A stretch of DNA of 64,000 bases from an uncultured Acidobacteriota bacterium (GTDB lineage: Bacteria; Acidobacteriota; Thermoanaerobaculia; UBA5066; Gp7-AA6), in assembly GCA_963764715.1 (NCBI GenBank), contig CAVXTP010000006.1, positions 160,001 through 224,000 of the forward strand, given 5' to 3'. The notes below the pieces were generated by a model, which was not told the origin of the DNA, did not search any database, and saw only the letters and a list, made by a program, of their open reading frames with translations. A program made the position numbers and the translations under genes. Positions 58,737 through 64,000 of this stretch are shown here, piece after piece (position 1 is the stretch's first letter; each line of letters starts with the position of its first letter).

Positions 58737-60008
58737 CTATGCGTCGACCCGGGCGATCTCGGCGACGGCCCCGAGGAGCCGGTCGACCTCGTCCTCCGTC
58801 GTGTAGCAGGCGCAGCCGGCGCGGACGACCCCGTCCGCGGCGTGGCCCAGGCGCTCCACGACCGTCAGGGCGTAGAAGTCCCCGCTCGATAGGTAGAGCC
58901 CGCGGCGGCCGAGGGCCTCGGCCACCTCGTCCGCCGGGCGCCCGGCGATCACGAACGAAAGGGTGGGCGTGCGCGGCGCCGACGGCGTCGGCCCGTACAC
59001 CGTCACCCCGTCGATCCGCGCGAGCCCCGTCCAGAGCTTTTCGAGGAGCTTCTGGCCGCGCCGGTGCAGCTCCGCGAAGACCGCGGCCAGGCTCTCCCGG
59101 CGCCCGAGCCCTGGCGTCTCCGCGAGCGCGGCCAGGAAGTCGACGGCCGCCGCCGCGCCCACGATGCCTTCGTGCGAGAGGGTCCCGGTCTCGAGGCGCT
59201 CGGGCGACCAGTCGGGCGCGGGTACGAGCCGTGGAACGTCGAGGGCCTCGATGAGCTCCCGGCGCCCCCACAGGACGCCGAGGTGCGGGCCGTAGAACTT
59301 GTACGGCGAGCAGGCCAGGTAGTCGCAACCGATGCGCCGCACGTCGATCAGGGCGTGCGGGGCGAAGTGCACGGCGTCGACGAACGACAGGGCTCCCGCC
59401 GCGCGCGCCAGGCCGCAGATGCGCTCGACGTCGTTGATCGTCCCGAGGGCGTTCGACGCGGCGCCGATCGCCACGAGCCGGACTCCCGGCCGGATCGCGC
59501 TTTCCAGGTCGGCCTCGTCGAGCTGCCCGGTCTCCGGACGCATCCGCACGGTGCGGATCGTGACGCCCCGGTCGCGCTCGAGGGCTTTCCAGGTGTCCAC
59601 GTTGGCGTGATGGTCGAGCTCCGTGACGACGATCTCGTCGCCCGGGCCCCACCCGCGGCCGAGCGCGCGGGACAGGTGGAAGGTCAGCGTGGTCATGTTC
59701 TGGCCGAACGCGATCTCCGACGGATCGCCGTTCACGAACTCGGCGAAGGTCCGGCGCGCCCCGGCGAGCGCCGCGTCCGTCTCGACCGAGGACGGGTAGC
59801 GCCAGTGCGTGTTGGCGTTGTGCTTGAAGAGATAGTCGGCCATCGCCTTGACGACGCCCACCGGGACCTGCGTGCCGCCGGGGCCGTCGAAGTACGCGAC
59901 CGGCCGGCCGTCGTGCTTGCGCTCGAGCGCCGGGAACCGGCTGCGGATCGAGGCCACGTCGGCAATCGTCGGGGACCGGCCGGGGCCGGCCAGCGTCGGC
60001 GTTTCCAT
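58737..60008 (-). CDS. Cysteine desulfurase-like PLP enzyme (class V, VC1184-like subfamily)
   Basis: YFDGPGGTQVP, LDHHAN, ASNALGT, VDAVH, CSPYKFYGPH, ETGT. Confidence 0.88.
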   Translation of the reverse strand: METPTLAGPGRSPTIADVASIRSRFPALERKHDGRPVAYFDGPGGTQVPVGVVKAMADYLFKHNANTHWRYPSSVETDAALAGARRTFAEFVNGDPSEIAFGQNMTTLTFHLSRALGRGWGPGDEIVVTELDHHANVDTWKALERDRGVTIRTVRMRPETGQLDEADLESAIRPGVRLVAIGAASNALGTINDVERICGLARAAGALSFVDAVHFAPHALIDVRRIGCDYLACSPYKFYGPHLGVLWGRRELIEALDVPRLVPAPDWSPERLETGTLSHEGIVGAAAAVDFLAALAETPGLGRRESLAAVFAELHRRGQKLLEKLWTGLARIDGVTVYGPTPSAPRTPTLSFVIAGRPADEVAEALGRRGLYLSSGDFYALTVVERLGHAADGVVRAGCACYTTEDEVDRLLGAVAEIARVDA

Positions 60009-60076
60009 GGCGGCGGCGAGGATATCAGCGCCGCCCTTGAACGGAGCTCCCTTCTGCCATAGCGTGCGGCGAACCC

Positions 60077-63000
60077 ATGATGCCGCCGGTTTCCGATCGC
60101 CCGAGGCTCGGGGAGGAGGACGCCGTCCGCCTCGCGGCCGAGCTCTTCGGCTTCCGGGCGGCCGCCGCCCGGGCGCTGCCGAGCGAACGCGACCAGAACT
60201 TCTACCTCGCCGGCGAGCGCGGCGAATTCGTCCTCAAGCTCGCGGGGCCGTCCGAGAGCGATGCCGTCCTCGACCTGCAGAACCGCGCCCTCGCCTGGAT
60301 CGCCGGGCGGGACCCCTCGCTCCCCGTGCCCCGAGTCGTGGCGGCGTCGGCGGACGGGCGGACGCGGCTTCTCACCTGGCTGCCGGGCGCGATCCTCGCG
60401 GACGCCGCGCCGCGCCACCCGGCGCTCCTCGAGCGGTCCGGGCATCTCCTCGGCCGGCTCGACGCGGCGCTCTCGGGCTTCGCGCACCCGGCGGCCGTCG
60501 GCCGCGACTTCGCCTGGAACCCCGAGCGGGCCACCGACATCATCGCCCGCCACGCCGGGGCGATCGCCGACCCGGCCCGCCGAGCGCTCGTCGAGGCGTT
60601 CGTGCGCCTCTTCGAGTCCACCGTCCGCCCGAGGCTCTCGGAGCTTCCCCGAAGCGTCATCCACAACGACGCCAACGACTACAACCTGCTCGTCGGGCCT
60701 CCGACGGCCGCCCCGGGGGAGCGCGCGCTCACGGGGATCCTCGACTTCGGCGACATGGTCGAGACCTGGACCGTCGGCGAGCCCGCGGTCGCCGTGGCCT
60801 ACGCCGTCTTCGGCCAGGCGGACCCCCTGGCGGCCGCCGAGCACGTCGTCGCCGGCTATCACGCGGCCCGGCCGCTTTCGGACCCGGAGATCGAGGTCCT
60901 CTGGACGCTCGCCGCCCTCCGCCTGTGCACCAGCGTCTGCCTGTCGGCGCACCGCCGCACGGCCCAGCCCGACAACGCGTATCTCCTCGTCAGCGAAACC
61001 CCGGCCTGGGAGGCGCTCGCGCGCATTCGCGACGTGCACCCCCGCTTCGCGCACTACGCGCTCCGGAACGCCTGCGGGCGGACGCCCTGTCCGCGGACGC
61101 CCGCGATCGAGGCGTGGCTCGCCGGGCACCGGGACGAGATGGCGCCCGTCGTCGCCGCCGACCTCGCGCGGGCCGTCGTCTTCGACCTCTCGGTCTCGAG
61201 CGCCGAGTTCCGGACGCCGGAGGAGCCCCTTTCGACCGCGACGATGACGCCCCGCCTCTTCACGCGGATGCGCGAGAGCGGCACGAACGTCGGGATCGGC
61301 CGTTACGACGAGGCGCGGCTCGTCTACGGGGGCGACGCCTTCGCCGGGGCGGGGGGCGAGCACCCCGAGCGGCGCACCGTGCACATCGCGGTCGACATCT
61401 TCATGGAGCCGGGGTCGCCCGTCTTCGCGCCGCTCCCGGGACGCGTGCACGCCGTCCGCGACAATTCGGCGCGGTTCGACTACGGGCCGACCGTGATCCT
61501 GGAGCATTCCCCCGCGGACGCGCCCCGCTTCTACACGCTCTACGGCCATCTCACGCCGGACTCGATCCGGACGCTCCCGGCCGGCGCGCCCGTCGCGAAG
61601 GGACAGCGCATCGGAGCGATCGGCGGGCCGCCCGGCAACGGCGACTGGCCGCCCCACGTCCACTTCCAGATCGTCACCGACATGCTGGACCGCGACGGCG
61701 ACTTCAACGGCGTCGGCGCGGCGAGCGAGCGCGCGGTCTGGCTTTCGCTCTGTCCCGACCCCAATCTCATCCTGGGCCTCCCCGGCTCTCCGTTCCGCGC
61801 GCCCGCCGCGGACCCGGGCCGCGTCCGCGACGCGCGGAGGCGCCGCCTCGGCCCGTCGCTCTCGCTCGCCTACCGCGCGCCGCTCGAGATCGTCCGCGGG
61901 GCGGGGACGTTTCTCTACGACCACACGGGCCGCGCGTTTCTCGACATGGTCAACAACGTCGCCCACGTGGGCCACTCCCACCCCCGGGTCGTCGAGGCCG
62001 GGCGGCGGCAGATGACGGTCCTGAACACGAACACCCGCTACCTCCATCCCTCGATCGTCCGCTACGCGGAACGCCTGTCCGACACCCTCCCGGTGCCCCT
62101 CTCCGTGTGCTTCTTCGTGTGCTCGGGCAGCGAAGCCAACGAGCTGGCGCTGCGGCTCGCCCGCGCCCGGACGGGCCGGCGCGGGGTCGTCGTCGTCGAC
62201 GGCGCGTACCACGGCAACACCCAGGCGCTCGTCGACGTCAGCCCCTACAAGTTCGACGGGCCGGGCGGCAGCGGCCGGCCGCCACACGTGCGGGTCGTCC
62301 CGATGCCCGACGACTACCGGGGCCTCTATCGGCGCGAAGACCCGGCGCGCGGGGAGAAATTCGCCGAGCACGTCGCGCAGGCCGCGGCTTCGCTCGACGG
62401 GAACGCGGCGGCCTTCCTCTGCGAGAGCCTCCTGTCGTGCGGAGGCCAGGTCGAGCTGCCGCCCGGGTACCTCGCCTCCGCCTACCGGCACGCGCGCGGC
62501 GCCGGCGCCGTCTGCATCGCCGACGAGGTGCAGGTCGGCTTCGGCCGCGTCGGGACCCGCTTCTGGGGCTTCGAGACGCAGGGCGTCGTTCCGGACATCG
62601 TGACGATGGGCAAGCCGATCGGCAACGGGCATCCGCTCGCGGCCGTCGTCACCACGCCCGAGATCGCGGCCGCGTTCGCCAACGGGATGGAGTACTTCAA
62701 CACGTTCGGCGGCAACCCGGTCTCCTGCGAGATCGGCCTCGCGGTCCTCGACGTGATCCGGGACGAGCGTCTGCAGGAACGGGCCCTGCGCGTGGGCGGG
62801 ATTCTGCGCTCGGGCCTCGACCGGCTCGTCGAGCGGCACGCCGCGGTCGGCGACGCGCGCGGGCTCGGCCTCTTCCTCGGCATCGAGCTCGTCGAAGACC
62901 GGGCCGCGCGGACTCCGGCCGCCGCCCGGGCCGGCTACGTGGTCGAGCGCATGAAGGACCACGGCATCCTCCTCTCGACCGACGGGCCCGACCACAACGT

Positions 63001-63103
63001 GATCAAGATGAAGCCGCCGCTGTCCTTCGGCGAGGAGGACGCCGCCCGCGTCCTCGCCGCCTACGACCGGGTGCTCTCGGAGGACTTCGCGAGGCTCGGG
63101 TGA
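60077..63103 (+). CDS. Fusion of APH/hydroxylysine-kinase-like domain, M23 peptidase-like domain and class III aminotransferase/phospho-lyase
   Basis: [21 protein letters not shown] (kinase). HIAVD, LYGHL, PHVHFQ (M23). [42 protein letters not shown] (PLP). Confidence 0.9.
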   Translation: MMPPVSDRPRLGEEDAVRLAAELFGFRAAAARALPSERDQNFYLAGERGEFVLKLAGPSESDAVLDLQNRALAWIAGRDPSLPVPRVVAASADGRTRLLTWLPGAILADAAPRHPALLERSGHLLGRLDAALSGFAHPAAVGRDFAWNPERATDIIARHAGAIADPARRALVEAFVRLFESTVRPRLSELPRSVIHNDANDYNLLVGPPTAAPGERALTGILDFGDMVETWTVGEPAVAVAYAVFGQADPLAAAEHVVAGYHAARPLSDPEIEVLWTLAALRLCTSVCLSAHRRTAQPDNAYLLVSETPAWEALARIRDVHPRFAHYALRNACGRTPCPRTPAIEAWLAGHRDEMAPVVAADLARAVVFDLSVSSAEFRTPEEPLSTATMTPRLFTRMRESGTNVGIGRYDEARLVYGGDAFAGAGGEHPERRTVHIAVDIFMEPGSPVFAPLPGRVHAVRDNSARFDYGPTVILEHSPADAPRFYTLYGHLTPDSIRTLPAGAPVAKGQRIGAIGGPPGNGDWPPHVHFQIVTDMLDRDGDFNGVGAASERAVWLSLCPDPNLILGLPGSPFRAPAADPGRVRDARRRRLGPSLSLAYRAPLEIVRGAGTFLYDHTGRAFLDMVNNVAHVGHSHPRVVEAGRRQMTVLNTNTRYLHPSIVRYAERLSDTLPVPLSVCFFVCSGSEANELALRLARARTGRRGVVVVDGAYHGNTQALVDVSPYKFDGPGGSGRPPHVRVVPMPDDYRGLYRREDPARGEKFAEHVAQAAASLDGNAAAFLCESLLSCGGQVELPPGYLASAYRHARGAGAVCIADEVQVGFGRVGTRFWGFETQGVVPDIVTMGKPIGNGHPLAAVVTTPEIAAAFANGMEYFNTFGGNPVSCEIGLAVLDVIRDERLQERALRVGGILRSGLDRLVERHAAVGDARGLGLFLGIELVEDRAARTPAAARAGYVVERMKDHGILLSTDGPDHNVIKMKPPLSFGEEDAARVLAAYDRVLSEDFARLG

Positions 63104-63134
63104 ATCGGGCGCCCCCGGTCCCCGCCGCCGGGCC

Positions 63135-64000
63135 CTAGAGCCGGACCACCGCGGGCCCCGGCCGCGTCGTGAAGAAGCGGGAGCGCACGGTGGGGTTCGG
63201 GAAGGCCGCCGCGTACGCCTCGCCCCAGCGCTTGCGGAAGGCGTCGGCCTCCTCGCTGCGGACGATCGCCCAGACGCTGCCGCCGAAGCCGCCGCCGAAC
63301 GCCGACGCAGCGGCGGCCCCGAGCGCGCGCGCCGAGCGTTGCAGCGCCACGGTCTCGGGCACCTGGTTGGCGAGGCACATCTCGGCGAGCTCCTGCGACC
63401 GGTCGACGAGCTCGCCGATCGGCACGACGTCCTGGCGCGCGAGCCAGGCCGCGACGCCCGGAATGAGCACGGTCGATTCTTCGAAAAACTGGTCGAACCG
63501 CCCCGTCAGCTCCTCGGGCGCGAACCCCTCGACCGGGATGACCCGCAGCAGGTTGCGGATCCGGTCGGGGGCGTCGTACACGGAGGTCGCCGCGTCGAAG
63601 AGGCTCGCATCCTCGCGGCGGGCCGAACGGTTCCAGAGCTCGAGGATGGCGGTGACCGCCAGGGAGAGCCGGTTGTACCGGTCTTTCACGGCCCCGGTCT
63701 TGTCGGAGGCCACGCCGCTCGACGCGACGACGAAGGACCAGCCGTCGGGCATCGGGATCGTGCGCTCGCGGCGCACCGGACAGAAGGCGTACTGCGCGAG
63801 CTCCCCCGGGCGGCTGCAGAGGATCGCGGTCTGGTCCTCGCTGCCGCCGAAGGTCCCCACGCCGTGCTCCCCCGCGAGGGACCCGAAGCCGCGCCCGTTC
63901 TCGAGGGCGCCGAGGTAGCCCCCGAGCTCCTCGGCCGACCGGATCTCCGCCGAGTACTCGGCCCGGGAAGGCAGGTCGTTGACTTCGGACAGGACCGAGA
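63135..64000 (-). CDS. GHMP-family (galactokinase-like) kinase, 5' truncated by window
   Basis: Frame is open to the window end (...ALENGRGFGSLAGEHGVGTFGGSEDQTA...). C-terminal SAFGGGFGGS motif. Confidence 0.75.
   Translation of the reverse strand, partial: SVLSEVNDLPSRAEYSAEIRSAEELGGYLGALENGRGFGSLAGEHGVGTFGGSEDQTAILCSRPGELAQYAFCPVRRERTIPMPDGWSFVVASSGVASDKTGAVKDRYNRLSLAVTAILELWNRSARREDASLFDAATSVYDAPDRIRNLLRVIPVEGFAPEELTGRFDQFFEESTVLIPGVAAWLARQDVVPIGELVDRSQELAEMCLANQVPETVALQRSARALGAAAASAFGGGFGGSVWAIVRSEEADAFRKRWGEAYAAAFPNPTVRSRFFTTRPGPAVVRL

Noticed and set aside
53288-62995. Long opposite-strand ORFs (53288-57352 +, 59732-62995 -)
   Set aside because: They are antisense shadows of tamB/nadK/tlyA and of the triple fusion, with no recognisable motifs.

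Overview
High-GC bacterial DNA, almost fully coding. The gene content (duplicated MacB-type 'ADOP' permeases plus an acidobacterial-type PadR) points to Acidobacteriota; this is an inference. The first half (about 1.4-32 kb, + strand) is one very large operon-like locus. It runs from a sigma54 promoter with putative enhancer and IHF sites, through one membrane-fusion adaptor, two ABC ATPases and ten tandem, divergent ~800-aa MacB/FtsX-type permeases, to msrB, a sigma54-dependent response regulator and a histidine kinase with no periplasmic sensor domain. Two tiny ORFs between permease genes look like scars of deleted permease copies, so the array appears to expand and contract. The second half holds an AraC/secreted-protein pair, an orphan beta-propeller LytS-type sensor converging on an IorAB-like molybdoenzyme (both with 21-bp-period direct repeats upstream), and a PadR-permease-DJ-1 operon with a clear operator. 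It also carries an amidohydrolase, coaE, a BNR-propeller/ubiquitin-like/miaE cluster, tamB with an Omp85 gene, nadK, tlyA, a Zn dehydrogenase, a cysteine-desulfurase-like gene, a kinase-M23-aminotransferase triple fusion and a partial GHMP kinase. I saw no rRNA, tRNA, CRISPR array or transposase. All family calls come from reading motifs by eye; no searches were run.
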